A stretch of DNA of 64,000 nucleotides from Thermoplasmatota archaeon. Its GTDB lineage: Archaea > Thermoplasmatota > Thermoplasmata > Lutacidiplasmatales > UBA184. Shown here in pieces: positions 8,099 through 17,088 of this stretch. Position 1 is the first letter of the stretch; the number at the start of each line of letters is the position of its first letter. The translations under genes were made by a program, and so were the position numbers. Below the pieces are notes generated by a model. That model saw nothing but the letters and a program-made list of their open reading frames with translations. It was not told the DNA's origin and did not search any database. Where the stretch lies: NCBI GenBank assembly GCA_036781185.1, contig DAIQBL010000001.1, positions 23,369 to 87,368 of the forward strand. Direction: 5' to 3'.

Positions 8099-9427
8099 AT
8101 GACGGACGAGCCTCCGACCGACGGAACCCTCGGCCGGCTCACGCTCGCCCGGAGCCGGGCGCTCCTGCGGACCCGCGTCGGCGTCCTGATGGTCGCGTTC
8201 GTCGCGATCCTGTACGGGTTCCTGTCGCTCCTGCTCGGCCAGATGCTGGTGCTGGGCCGGACGGACTTCCGATCCGTCCAGGTGACGGTCCTGAACGGTC
8301 AGGGCGCCGCGGCGTGGTGGAACTACCCGGCGCTGATCGTCACCGCCCCCGGGGGCGTCCTGGTCCTCCCGTTCCTCGCAACGATCACGATGGTCGTCGT
8401 CTCGCTCGGGGTCGGCATCGGGATGTCGGTCGGCCTCGTCCTCGCCTACCGATTGCTGCGCCGGAACCGGACCGGGTCGGCGCGCCCGGCCGCGGTCGGG
8501 TCGATCTCGGGGTTGACCCCGGCGATGATCGCGCTGGTCACGCTCGGGGCCTGCTGCTCGACCACGGCCGCTGCGACCGCGGGGATCGGCGTCGTCGCCC
8601 AGGCGAGCGGGGCGACCATCCCGGATCTGCTCGCCAACACCTGGTACCTGAACCTGTTCCAGGTCGGGGTCCTCTGGATCGCGCTCGTGGCCCAAGAGCA
8701 GCTCCTGAGCGTGTACGGCCGGGTGCTCGGCGGAGCCACGGCCGACGGGTCCGTGTCGGACCCGGTGCCGCTCGACGCGCGGTTCGCCGCCGGCGCGGCC
8801 CTCCGGGTGGCGCTCCTCGCGGGCGGGGTGACGTGGGGGCTCGCCACGATCGCCGAGTGGACGACCCCGAACCCGCCGATGGCGACCCCGGCGCTCGCGT
8901 TCCAGTGGCTCGCCCAACACGCCCTCCTGGGCGCGTTCGCGACCGGGGCCGGGCTGTTCGTGCTCGGCACGTATCGCCGCCTCCGGGACGCGGCGACGCC
9001 GGCGGCGAGCCGGATCCTCCGGGGGGCGTTGTTCGTCGGAGGGCTCTCGGTGTTGACCTGGACCCCACCCGTTCTCGCGTCCGCCGGGGTGTTCGGACTC
9101 GTCAACGAGATCCTCGGCGCGTTCGGACGACCCGCGTCGTGGGGGGCGGTCGTTCCGCCGTCCATCGGCCCGGTCGCCCTCGGCCTCCGGTGGCTCCTGC
9201 AGTTCGGATTGCTCGGGGCCTTCGCCGTGATCGCGGCGCTCTCGCCGGAGCTCGCGTTCCTGCCCCTCCAATGGACGACATCGGCCCGCCCGGCCCGGAC
9301 CCGCTCCGAGGACGGCGATGTCGGCGGGCGGTCGACCGCCCCGCCTTCGGTCCGTCCGAGCGGCCCAGGGACGTTCGCCGCGGCGACGATCGCGGCGGTG
9401 GAAGTCCAGACGACGCCGAAGAGCTGA
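8099..9427 (+). CDS. Polytopic integral membrane protein, hypothetical
   Basis: 442 aa with at least 10 hydrophobic helices and Cys/Thr-rich loops. Composition is consistent throughout. Confidence 0.6.
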   Translation: MTDEPPTDGTLGRLTLARSRALLRTRVGVLMVAFVAILYGFLSLLLGQMLVLGRTDFRSVQVTVLNGQGAAAWWNYPALIVTAPGGVLVLPFLATITMVVVSLGVGIGMSVGLVLAYRLLRRNRTGSARPAAVGSISGLTPAMIALVTLGACCSTTAAATAGIGVVAQASGATIPDLLANTWYLNLFQVGVLWIALVAQEQLLSVYGRVLGGATADGSVSDPVPLDARFAAGAALRVALLAGGVTWGLATIAEWTTPNPPMATPALAFQWLAQHALLGAFATGAGLFVLGTYRRLRDAATPAASRILRGALFVGGLSVLTWTPPVLASAGVFGLVNEILGAFGRPASWGAVVPPSIGPVALGLRWLLQFGLLGAFAVIAALSPELAFLPLQWTTSARPARTRSEDGDVGGRSTAPPSVRPSGPGTFAAATIAAVEVQTTPKS

Positions 9428-9437
9428 CGACCGGCCG

Positions 9438-10076
9438 TCAGTTCGGCCTCGGCTCGTCGTCCCGCGAGGGGCCCGAGGGGAAGTACGGGGTCCCGACGCG
9501 CCGGTCCCACCCGCGTTCGCCGCAGACGGAGCACGTGAGATAGCCCGAGCCGCCGACGTGAGGTCCGAGGACCCAACGTAGGGTCGGGGCCGAGAACGTC
9601 GCCCCGCACGAGGAGCACTCGAATTGGGGCGCGGAGTTCGGGGCGGGGGTCGGTCGCGGCCGTGAGCCGAAGACGGCCACGAGGACCATGAGCGGCACGA
9701 TCAGGAAGGCGACCCCGGCGATGAGCGCCGTTTCTCCGCCGGCGGAGACGAGGCCGGCGTCGGGGAGGAGGAGGAGGGTGGTCGGCCCCGAGACGACGAT
9801 AGCGACGGCCGACAGAACGAGGCCGACCGCGGGCCCGAACCCGGGGCCGTGCTGATGCTCGATCACCCCGTTCCGCAGCGTGAGAAGCAGAACGAGGGCC
9901 AGGACCGCGGTCGCCGCGACCTGGATCGCGAGGCCGGTGACGAGGAACGTGAGCGGCGGCAGGGAGGCGGTCACCTGGCCGAACGCCCCGTAATGGCTCG
10001 GGACCTCGGCGGGCAGGCGAGGCCGGACGGCCACGAAGGTGAGCGCTTCGAGGAGACCGCCGGGCGCCCCGGCCAT
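9438..10076 (-). CDS. Membrane protein with C-terminal zinc-ribbon (CxxC...CxxC)
   Basis: Real part starts MAGAPGGLLEALTF and includes several TM helices plus C-terminal CSSCGATF...CSVCGERGW. It lies downstream of, and co-oriented with, the PadR gene. Confidence 0.6.
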   Translation of the reverse strand: MAGAPGGLLEALTFVAVRPRLPAEVPSHYGAFGQVTASLPPLTFLVTGLAIQVAATAVLALVLLLTLRNGVIEHQHGPGFGPAVGLVLSAVAIVVSGPTTLLLLPDAGLVSAGGETALIAGVAFLIVPLMVLVAVFGSRPRPTPAPNSAPQFECSSCGATFSAPTLRWVLGPHVGGSGYLTCSVCGERGWDRRVGTPYFPSGPSRDDEPRPN

Positions 10077-10153
10077 CGCGACACGGAGCCAGGGACGCCC
10101 TCGGCCCCCCGGAAGGAGGGGCGCGATCCGGCTCGGAGCGCTCGGGATCGCGC

Positions 10154-10552
10154 TCACGGAACTCCGACTCCGGTCGGACCGGCCCGGGGTGTTCCGCTCG
10201 CCGCCGCGTTGACGTCGGAGAGCGCCCGGAGCGTCAACGCCAGGGCGCGGACCTCCGGCAACATCGCGCGGCCGCGCGGCGTGAGCTCGTAGTACTTTCG
10301 CACCGGGCCCCGGCTCTCGGTCCCGTGGTACGTGCGCACGAGGCCATGGGCCCGCAGGCGGGCCAGCACGGGGTACAGCCGCGACGGGGTGGCCGCGAAC
10401 TCCTCGCCGTGGCGCGCCCGCAATCGCTCCAGGAGCGCGTAACCGTAGGACGGTCCGTCTTCGAGCGACTCGAGGACCCAGACGGGGAGGATGCCGTGCC
10501 GGAGCTCCCGACGGAGGCCGGTGAGGAACGTCGACGGCCGGCTCGGCGCCAT
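10154..10552 (-). CDS. PadR-family transcriptional regulator
   Basis: ILPVWVLESLEDGPSYGYALLERL...LYPVLARLRAHGLV...YYELTPRG is a classic PadR winged-helix signature. Confidence 0.8.
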   Translation of the reverse strand: MAPSRPSTFLTGLRRELRHGILPVWVLESLEDGPSYGYALLERLRARHGEEFAATPSRLYPVLARLRAHGLVRTYHGTESRGPVRKYYELTPRGRAMLPEVRALALTLRALSDVNAAASGTPRAGPTGVGVP

Positions 10553-10618
10553 CGGCGTCTACTATGTCGCTAAGAGATATAGGGTACGCGGGCCCGCGCC
10601 CGGCGACCGATCGACGCC

Positions 10619-11554
10619 CTAGGGGCGAGCGGGGGCCGTGGGTCGGGCCGTCCCGGAAGCGACCCCGAGGGAGGTCGGGCTCACGGACTCGGTGGCCGGA
10701 TGCCCGTCGAGCCGGACCAATCCTTCCCGGACCAGGAAGAGGAATTCCCCCGTCATCGTGACCGCCATGACCCCTCCGAAGGCGAGCGTCGGGGCGAGGA
10801 GGTCCGGGGCCACGGCGAGGGCGACACCCGTGAGGCTCATCGCGAGGAACGCCCCGACGACGGGAGTCAGCACCCGGTCCAGCCCGGCGCCGCGGCCGGT
10901 CCGAAGCAGCTGGAGGGCCCCGATCACGGTCAGGGCCATCACGGCGCCCATCAGGCCCGCCCCCACCGGCGGGTCGACGGGGACGAACGGCGCCACGATG
11001 CCGGCGGCGGCGAGCCCGAGGAGCGGGTCGCGGACCCCGCGTGCCATCGGGATCCACAATAGGAGCGCGACCATCGCCGCGGCCATCGACCAGAGGAACC
11101 ACGCCGACGTCAGGGTCCCCGCCAGGACCGGCAGGAACCCCGGCGGGCTGCCGCCGGCGACGGTGAAGAACAGGCCCATCAGCACCTCGGCCGACGTCGC
11201 CATCGCGGTGATGGCGACCGGCCAGAACCAGCGGGTTCGACGGATCCGCCGGTCCTCGAAGACGATGAGCGAGATGAACCAGAGTCCCGGCGGGACGAGC
11301 ATCATCGAGTTGAACGTCATCAGGACGACGGTGTACGTATTCAGGTCCGGTTGCGCGAACGCCGCGAGGGCGGCCATCAGGACGCCGGAGCTGCCGAGCA
11401 GCGCGCTCGACCCGATCACCATCCGGGTGAGCGGGGGCAGCGGACCGGACCGCGGGACGATCTGGGTGAGGATGAACACCTCCGCGGCGACCATCCCGAG
11501 GGCGACGAACACGTACGCCGCGAGGTCGAGGTTGAGGACGAACAGCGCCGGCAC
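10619..11554 (-). CDS. Polytopic integral membrane protein, hypothetical
   Basis: 311 aa with about 9 predicted hydrophobic helices. Confidence 0.55.
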   Translation of the reverse strand: MPALFVLNLDLAAYVFVALGMVAAEVFILTQIVPRSGPLPPLTRMVIGSSALLGSSGVLMAALAAFAQPDLNTYTVVLMTFNSMMLVPPGLWFISLIVFEDRRIRRTRWFWPVAITAMATSAEVLMGLFFTVAGGSPPGFLPVLAGTLTSAWFLWSMAAAMVALLLWIPMARGVRDPLLGLAAAGIVAPFVPVDPPVGAGLMGAVMALTVIGALQLLRTGRGAGLDRVLTPVVGAFLAMSLTGVALAVAPDLLAPTLAFGGVMAVTMTGEFLFLVREGLVRLDGHPATESVSPTSLGVASGTARPTAPARP

Positions 11555-11662
11555 GGGACCGGCCGGCGGAGCGGGGCGCGGCTCAAGTCATGCGGGTACG
11601 AACGGGGCTCGCGCGCGGGGTCCACCGGCAAGGTTCTACTACCTCACCCGCATCGGGCCCTC

Positions 11663-12325
11663 GTGACGACCATCCGCGGGATCGACCGTCAGATTGCGCG
11701 CCGGCACCTGCTCCGCCACCCGTTCTACCAAGCGTGGTCGCACGGCGAGGTCCCGCTCGACACGTTGCGGTCGTACGCGGGCCAGTACTACCAGTTCGAG
11801 CGGAGCTTCCCGAAGTATGTCGCCGCCGCCTACGCGCGGGTCGACGACCCGGCGGGTCGACGCGCGCTCCTCGGCAACCTCCTCGACGAGGAGGGCCGCG
11901 ACCCCACCCATCCGGAGCTGTGGCGACGGTTCGCCGAGGGGCTCGGCGTTCCTCGGACCGAACTCGAGAAGGCCCCGACCCACCCGGCGACCCGCCGCCT
12001 GCTCGCGACGTATGAGCGGCACGCCGTGCGGGGCACGACGGGCTCGGCGCTTGGCGCGCTCTACGCCTACGAGTCGATCTTCCCGGAGGTCGCGGCGGAG
12101 AAGGCCCGCGGCCTCGCGAAGTTCTACGGCGTGACCGACGAGCGGTCCCTCGAGTTCTTCCGCGTCCACACGGTCGCCGACGTCGAGCACGCCGGGGCGG
12201 AGCGCCGGTTGATCGCGAAGGAGCTTACGAACGGTTCGGCCCCGCGCGTCGAGCGCGCCGTCACGGAGACGGTCGACGCTTGGTGGCGGTTCCTCGATCC
12301 CTTCGTCGGGCCGGGCGCCGGCTGA
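11663..12325 (+). CDS. Heme-oxygenase-like fold protein (TenA/PqqC/CADD-like iron-containing redox enzyme family)
   Basis: A GTG start gives MTTIRGIDRQIARRHLLRHPFYQAW...YAGQYYQFERSF...ALYAYESIFPE, which resembles the PqqC/TenA_C family. The upstream part of the track ORF is low-complexity. Confidence 0.55.
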   Translation: MTTIRGIDRQIARRHLLRHPFYQAWSHGEVPLDTLRSYAGQYYQFERSFPKYVAAAYARVDDPAGRRALLGNLLDEEGRDPTHPELWRRFAEGLGVPRTELEKAPTHPATRRLLATYERHAVRGTTGSALGALYAYESIFPEVAAEKARGLAKFYGVTDERSLEFFRVHTVADVEHAGAERRLIAKELTNGSAPRVERAVTETVDAWWRFLDPFVGPGAG

Positions 12326-12379
12326 ACCGCGCTAGCGCCGCGGCCTCGGGGGTTCCTCCCCGGGGCCCGTCTGGTCGCC

Positions 12380-13174
12380 TTAGGTCGCGTGCATCCAGGT
12401 GACGTTGAAGCTTGTCCCGTCCGGCGTCAGCGCGGACGTGGCCGCCTTGGTGTGAAGGGTGGTCGTCATGTTGATCCGCTGGATCGTCGACGAAGCGAAC
12501 CCGCCGATCACGTGGGTCGTGCCTCCGATCGTGGCTTCGTTGGTGTTCGCCACGTTCGTCTTGTCCTTGCCGAAGTGGGCCGTCCCGAAGTCGGAGAGCG
12601 GCAGCACCGAGCTGCTCGACGGAGCCTCGGCGATCCACTCGGCCGAGTGGTGCTTCGCCGTCGGGACCTTCTTCGAGTGGTGGGAGCTCACGCCGGTGGT
12701 CACGTCGGTGAGCGTGACGGTGAACCCGACGGTCGAGCTCACGTACTTCACGGACGCCTTCATCGTGTCCCCCGGGTGGACCGTGATGGGGAAGTTGAAC
12801 GGGAAGGCGGGGTAGAACTCGTACCAGGCCGAGTACACCGCGGTACCGCTGCTGCAGTCGGCCTCGGTCCCGGTCTGCTCGACCGTGTTGGAGCCGTCCC
12901 CATCGATCCCGACCCAGAACGAGGACCAGCGGTTCGCGGAGGTGCACGTCAGCGTCGGCTGGACCCACGACCCCTGCACGTACGTGACCTTGTTCGTCGA
13001 GCTGATCACGGCGTAGCCGGCCCAGTTCGAGCTGTGGGACGTCGGGTGGGGGCCGGAGAGGAAGAGCGCGTTCTCGGGGGTGACGACGGGTGTGACCACC
13101 ATGGTCGCCGCGACGGCGGCGGGTAGGACGACGATCGACACGAGGAGCATCAAGGCCGACAGATTGCGACGCAT
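12380..13174 (-). CDS. Secreted glutamic peptidase, G1/eqolisin (peptidase A4) family
   Basis: Signal/TM MRRNLSALMLLVSIVVL, then SNWAGYAV, FWVGIDGDG...VEQTG (Gln aligned to the catalytic Gln of scytalidoglutamic peptidase), YSAWYEFYP and SAEWIAE (catalytic Glu motif). Confidence 0.7.
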   Translation of the reverse strand: MRRNLSALMLLVSIVVLPAAVAATMVVTPVVTPENALFLSGPHPTSHSSNWAGYAVISSTNKVTYVQGSWVQPTLTCTSANRWSSFWVGIDGDGSNTVEQTGTEADCSSGTAVYSAWYEFYPAFPFNFPITVHPGDTMKASVKYVSSTVGFTVTLTDVTTGVSSHHSKKVPTAKHHSAEWIAEAPSSSSVLPLSDFGTAHFGKDKTNVANTNEATIGGTTHVIGGFASSTIQRINMTTTLHTKAATSALTPDGTSFNVTWMHAT

Positions 13175-13336
13175 ACCGTTCCTTCGCCTCGGGGGAGGCG
13201 GGCGAGCTACGGGCTCCTCGGTCATCAACCCTCTCCTTCCGGCGCGAAGCCGGGTCCGGACGAGACCGGTGGGGTCCGCGGACTCGGTCGTCCCCAGAAA
13301 GTCTCTTACGGGAGAGCCCGCGCACAGTAGTGTTCA

Positions 13337-14587
13337 ATGACGACCCGCGGCCGGCACGGGCTCGACGGACGTCCGCACGGCCTCCGAGGCAACCTTCTCG
13401 TGGCCCTCCTGATCGTACCCCTCCTGGTCGGGACGGCGGCGGCCGCCCCGGTCCGCGGAGCGAGCCTCCTCGTTCGGACGGACGCCGGTGCGATCTCGGG
13501 GGGTCACTGGTCGTCGACCCCTCCCCAGCGCGACGAGCAACCGGGCGCGCGGGCGTTCCCGGCCGTGACCTTCGACGTCACCGGCACGCTCGGGGTCGTC
13601 TACGGCGGCGAGGGACCGGGGGGCGCGGCGCTCAACGATACCTTCGCCAACGACGGCGACTTCCCGGGGGAATGGTCGGGTTTCTCCGACCACGTCGTCG
13701 GAACGCCGCCGCCCCTCATCGGCGCGACGATCGTGTACGACCGGCCCGACAGCGTGTTCGTGATGTTCGGGGGAGTCTTCGCCAACCACTCGGCGTCCGG
13801 CGAGACGTGGGAGCTCCGGAACCTGACGAACTGGGTCGAGGTCCCCTCGTCGAGCGGTGGCCCGCCCGCCCATGCCGGGGCGGTCCTCACGTACGACGCC
13901 GCCGATGGATACGTCGTCCTGTACGACCCGGCGGGGAACGGCTCGACGTGGAAGTTCCTCGGCGGCGCCTGGTCGCTCCTCCCGACTTCGACCTCCCCGC
14001 TCGCCCGGACCGGGCCCGTGTTCGCCTACGACCCGGCGGAGCGCGCGGTCCTCCTGTTTGGGGGGGCCTCCGCGACCGGCCCGCGCAACGACAGCTGGGA
14101 GTTCGCCGCGGGCCAATGGCGGGAGCTCCCCGGGGCGGAGCCGACCCCCCCGGCGAGCGCGGCCCCCGTCGGCACCTTCGATCCCCGGACCGCGGGCGTC
14201 GTCGTCTACGAGGGCGACGCCGGGGGGGTCACCTTCGAGTTCGCCGGCGGTCACTGGACGGCCCTTTCCGCAGGCGGTTCCGGAAGCCCTCCGGCCCGGA
14301 TCGGTGCGGGGTTCTACTTCGACTCGATCGTCGACTACGCCATTCTGTTCGGTGGAGAGGCGGTCGCCAATGCGACGGTCGTGTCGGACGTTTGGGGATG
14401 GAACGTTCCCCCACCCACGGTCGACCCGACCGTGACGCCCTCGGCGTTCCCCCCCGAGGAAGTGGGGCTGCTGGCCGCGGCCGTCGCGATCCCCGTGGTC
14501 GTCGCGTGGTGGCTCCGGCGTCGCCCGCCCCGCAAGCTCCCCGTCTCGGCGCCCCAGTCCGCCGCGTCGGCCGCGCCGGGCGGCTAG
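13337..14587 (+). CDS. Secreted Kelch-repeat (galactose-oxidase-like beta-propeller) protein with C-terminal membrane anchor
   Basis: N-terminal signal peptide, repeated VYGG/LFGG/MFGG plus W/Y-containing blades, N-x-S/T sequons, and a C-terminal LLAAAVAIPVVVAWWLRRR anchor. Confidence 0.65.
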   Translation: MTTRGRHGLDGRPHGLRGNLLVALLIVPLLVGTAAAAPVRGASLLVRTDAGAISGGHWSSTPPQRDEQPGARAFPAVTFDVTGTLGVVYGGEGPGGAALNDTFANDGDFPGEWSGFSDHVVGTPPPLIGATIVYDRPDSVFVMFGGVFANHSASGETWELRNLTNWVEVPSSSGGPPAHAGAVLTYDAADGYVVLYDPAGNGSTWKFLGGAWSLLPTSTSPLARTGPVFAYDPAERAVLLFGGASATGPRNDSWEFAAGQWRELPGAEPTPPASAAPVGTFDPRTAGVVVYEGDAGGVTFEFAGGHWTALSAGGSGSPPARIGAGFYFDSIVDYAILFGGEAVANATVVSDVWGWNVPPPTVDPTVTPSAFPPEEVGLLAAAVAIPVVVAWWLRRRPPRKLPVSAPQSAASAAPGG

Positions 14588-16212
14588 AGCCCGAGGACCC
14601 CGGCGGTCGGGAGCGCGACCGCGACGACCGCCAGCACGCCGATCGCGAGAGCGATCCCCGCTGCCGCGGCCCGCCATCCGGTTCCGGGGTCGAACGCCGC
14701 CGCGAGCGCGGTGCGGCTCGGGAACCCCGGCGACACCCCGACCTGGAGGGAGGCGGCGGCCTCGCGGGTCGCCGCCCAGAAGATCCCGAGGGGCAGGCCC
14801 GTCAGGGCGGCCCCGAGGACCAGCCCGACGAGGGCGGCCGGACCGAGCCCGAGCGCCGCAACGACGACGACCACCACCGACACGCCCGCGGCCGCCCAGC
14901 GACGGCCGGGGGCGAAGGGCCGGCGCGTGTCCGGGCGTCCCGGCACCGAGGCGAGGAGGAACGGCACGAGCGCCCCGAGGACGAGGCCACCGAGGGTCGC
15001 GGGCGACCCGAGGCCGAGGGCGGGCCCGAGGACCGCCGGGGAGATCCCCGCCACCCCCGGGATCACGTAGGGAAGCGCGAGGGCGGCGCCGAGCCCGGCC
15101 CACCCCGCCGCCGTGGCGTCGAGGATCTCCGGGACGCGACGAGGCCCCCCGGAGGGCCCGGAGCTGACCCGGAGCGTCGCCAGCACGGCCGCGGCCGACG
15201 TCGCCCCGACCCCGGCCAGGACGACGCCGAACGCGCCCTCTGGGGAGTAGGCGACGATCGCCTCGTACGCGACGAAGGTCGGGACGGCGACGACGAGCAC
15301 CCCTGCCCCCACCGAGCGCAGCCCCCGGGCGAGCGAGCCGATGACGCCGAGGGCGACGCCGGCGCGGACGGACGCTTCCGCCTCCGCCGGCTCGAACACC
15401 GCGAGCCGCAGGACGTACATCGAGCCGACCGAGGCGAGCCAGCCGGCGAACACGACGACCGTCACCTCGGCGTTCCCCGGCATCCAGAGCGCGACGGCTG
15501 CGGCCGAGAGCAGGACGGCGGTGAGGGCCGCCGCCGGGGCCCCGAGCCGGTACGGTCCCTCGATCCGGTCGAAGAGTAGGCCGACGAGTCCCGCCGCTGT
15601 CCCGAGGGCGGCGACGAGGAGCGGCAGGAGGAGCGCGTCGGGCACGATCGTCCGGAGCACGACCATGTCGGGGACCACGGCCGTGGCCGCGGCGAGGGCC
15701 GCGACCAGGGCGGCGAACCGGAGTCGCGGGTCGAGGCGCGACGCCGGCTCACCGAGGAGGAGCAAGAGGCCGGGACCGACGGCGACCCCGAGCAGGGCCG
15801 CCGGGCCCGTACCGCCGAGGAGGAGCACCGAGAGGACCGCGAGGATCGCGAGACCCGAAGCTCCGAGTCCGACAGCGACCGTCGAAACCGGAAGCGCCCG
15901 CTCGGCCGGCTCCGGCCCGTCGGGGACCTCGCCGGCGCCGTTCAGCCCGAGGAGGGCAAAGGCGGCGATCGCACCGACCACGAGCCCGAGGTCGAACGGC
16001 GAGCCGTTCGTGCTGCCGCCGAGGGCCCGGCCCACGAGGAGCAGGACGAACGTGGCGATGATCGCGGGCGAGGCCCGGAGGATGGCGGCCGTGGCCGTCC
16101 CCGACTCGGCTCCCTCGGAGAGCCGGAGGATCCGAAGCGCGAACGCGCCGCCCACGGCCAGGGTCCCGATCGCGGCGACGACCGTCTCGATTGGGGCGAA
16201 GTCGACGTTCAT
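14584..16212 (-). CDS. Large polytopic membrane protein (543 aa), hypothetical
   Basis: Starts MNVDFAPIETVVAAIGTLAV and has many Ala/Leu/Gly-rich TM helices. The track's N-terminal extension is Arg-rich junk. It overlaps the truA stop by 4 nt. Confidence 0.55.
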   Translation of the reverse strand: MNVDFAPIETVVAAIGTLAVGGAFALRILRLSEGAESGTATAAILRASPAIIATFVLLLVGRALGGSTNGSPFDLGLVVGAIAAFALLGLNGAGEVPDGPEPAERALPVSTVAVGLGASGLAILAVLSVLLLGGTGPAALLGVAVGPGLLLLLGEPASRLDPRLRFAALVAALAAATAVVPDMVVLRTIVPDALLLPLLVAALGTAAGLVGLLFDRIEGPYRLGAPAAALTAVLLSAAAVALWMPGNAEVTVVVFAGWLASVGSMYVLRLAVFEPAEAEASVRAGVALGVIGSLARGLRSVGAGVLVVAVPTFVAYEAIVAYSPEGAFGVVLAGVGATSAAAVLATLRVSSGPSGGPRRVPEILDATAAGWAGLGAALALPYVIPGVAGISPAVLGPALGLGSPATLGGLVLGALVPFLLASVPGRPDTRRPFAPGRRWAAAGVSVVVVVVAALGLGPAALVGLVLGAALTGLPLGIFWAATREAAASLQVGVSPGFPSRTALAAAFDPGTGWRAAAAGIALAIGVLAVVAVALPTAGVLGL

Positions 16213-16997
16213 CCGGATCCGGCCCGGGATGGCGGGCGCCGGGCGATAGACGCTTCGGCCGCGGGGTCCGGGGTCGCGCGAAGCGAATCGAGGAGGAGCG
16301 CGCGCTCCCGGGCCACCCGCCGCTCGCTTGCGAAGTACGCCGACCGCCGGACCCGGAACGGGTCGACCGTCACGGTCCAGGGCCGGTCGTACTCCACGCT
16401 CCAGAGCATCAGCGGCTCCGGTTCCGCCAGCGGGAGCGTGAGCCGGTGCTCCCCGGAGAGCGCCGCCTGGAACTCGTCGGTCCCGAGGGTTCCCCGGACG
16501 ACGTCTCGCGTCGCCGCGACGAGCTTGCGGACCATCCCCCAGACGAACGACGGCGCCTCGATCTCGAGGCTTAGGCCCGACTCGGCCGGACGGACGTCGA
16601 ACCTCCGGACGCTCCGGACGACCGGCCGGTCGGCGGAAAGACCTCGGCCGAACGACCGGACGTCGATGTCGCCGACGGCGAGCGCCGCGGCCCGCCGGTA
16701 CGCCGCGGCCGGCCCGACCGGTTCGGATTCGAGGTAGTGGTACTCCCGCGAGCGGGCCGCGCGCGGCCGGAACGAGTCGTCGACCTCGGCCGCGGCGGAG
16801 AAGAAGATCTCCGGGGTGATCCCGTTCAACGCGCCGAGGAGGGCCCGGCCGGCGAGGGCCGAGGTCAGCACGAGCGCGTTGCCCCGGGCGCTCACCCCGC
16901 GGTCGGTCCGGCTCGCCACGTCGACCGCGGCCCGGGAGCTCCCGAAGACGCCCGCCGCCGCGGCGCCGCGCAGGATCTCGCCCTCGACGGTGCGCAA
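16209..16997 (-). CDS. truA: tRNA pseudouridine synthase TruA (N-terminus probably extends upstream of the track start)
   Basis: SRTDRGVSARGNALV (catalytic Asp region) and EYHY motifs. The same frame stays open upstream of the TTG at 16997 and encodes RWLVRFGYDGRRFYGWARQPG, the canonical TruA N-terminal motif. I could find no ATG/GTG/TTG start before about 17170. Confidence 0.7.
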   Translation of the reverse strand: MRTVEGEILRGAAAAGVFGSSRAAVDVASRTDRGVSARGNALVLTSALAGRALLGALNGITPEIFFSAAAEVDDSFRPRAARSREYHYLESEPVGPAAAYRRAAALAVGDIDVRSFGRGLSADRPVVRSVRRFDVRPAESGLSLEIEAPSFVWGMVRKLVAATRDVVRGTLGTDEFQAALSGEHRLTLPLAEPEPLMLWSVEYDRPWTVTVDPFRVRRSAYFASERRVARERALLLDSLRATPDPAAEASIARRPPSRAGSG

Positions 16998-17088
16998 GCC
17001 CGGCTGGCGCGCCCAGCCGTAGAACCGGCGGCCGTCGTACCCGAACCGGACCAGCCAACGCGCCGTGGCCGGGGACGGGGCGCCCGGC

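Noticed and set aside
13330-15579. 749-aa plus ORF and 589-aa minus ORF (13334..15103) overlapping the Kelch and membrane-protein genes
   Set aside because: Extreme Arg/Gly/Pro/Asp content; these are antisense or frame-shifted artefacts of GC bias.
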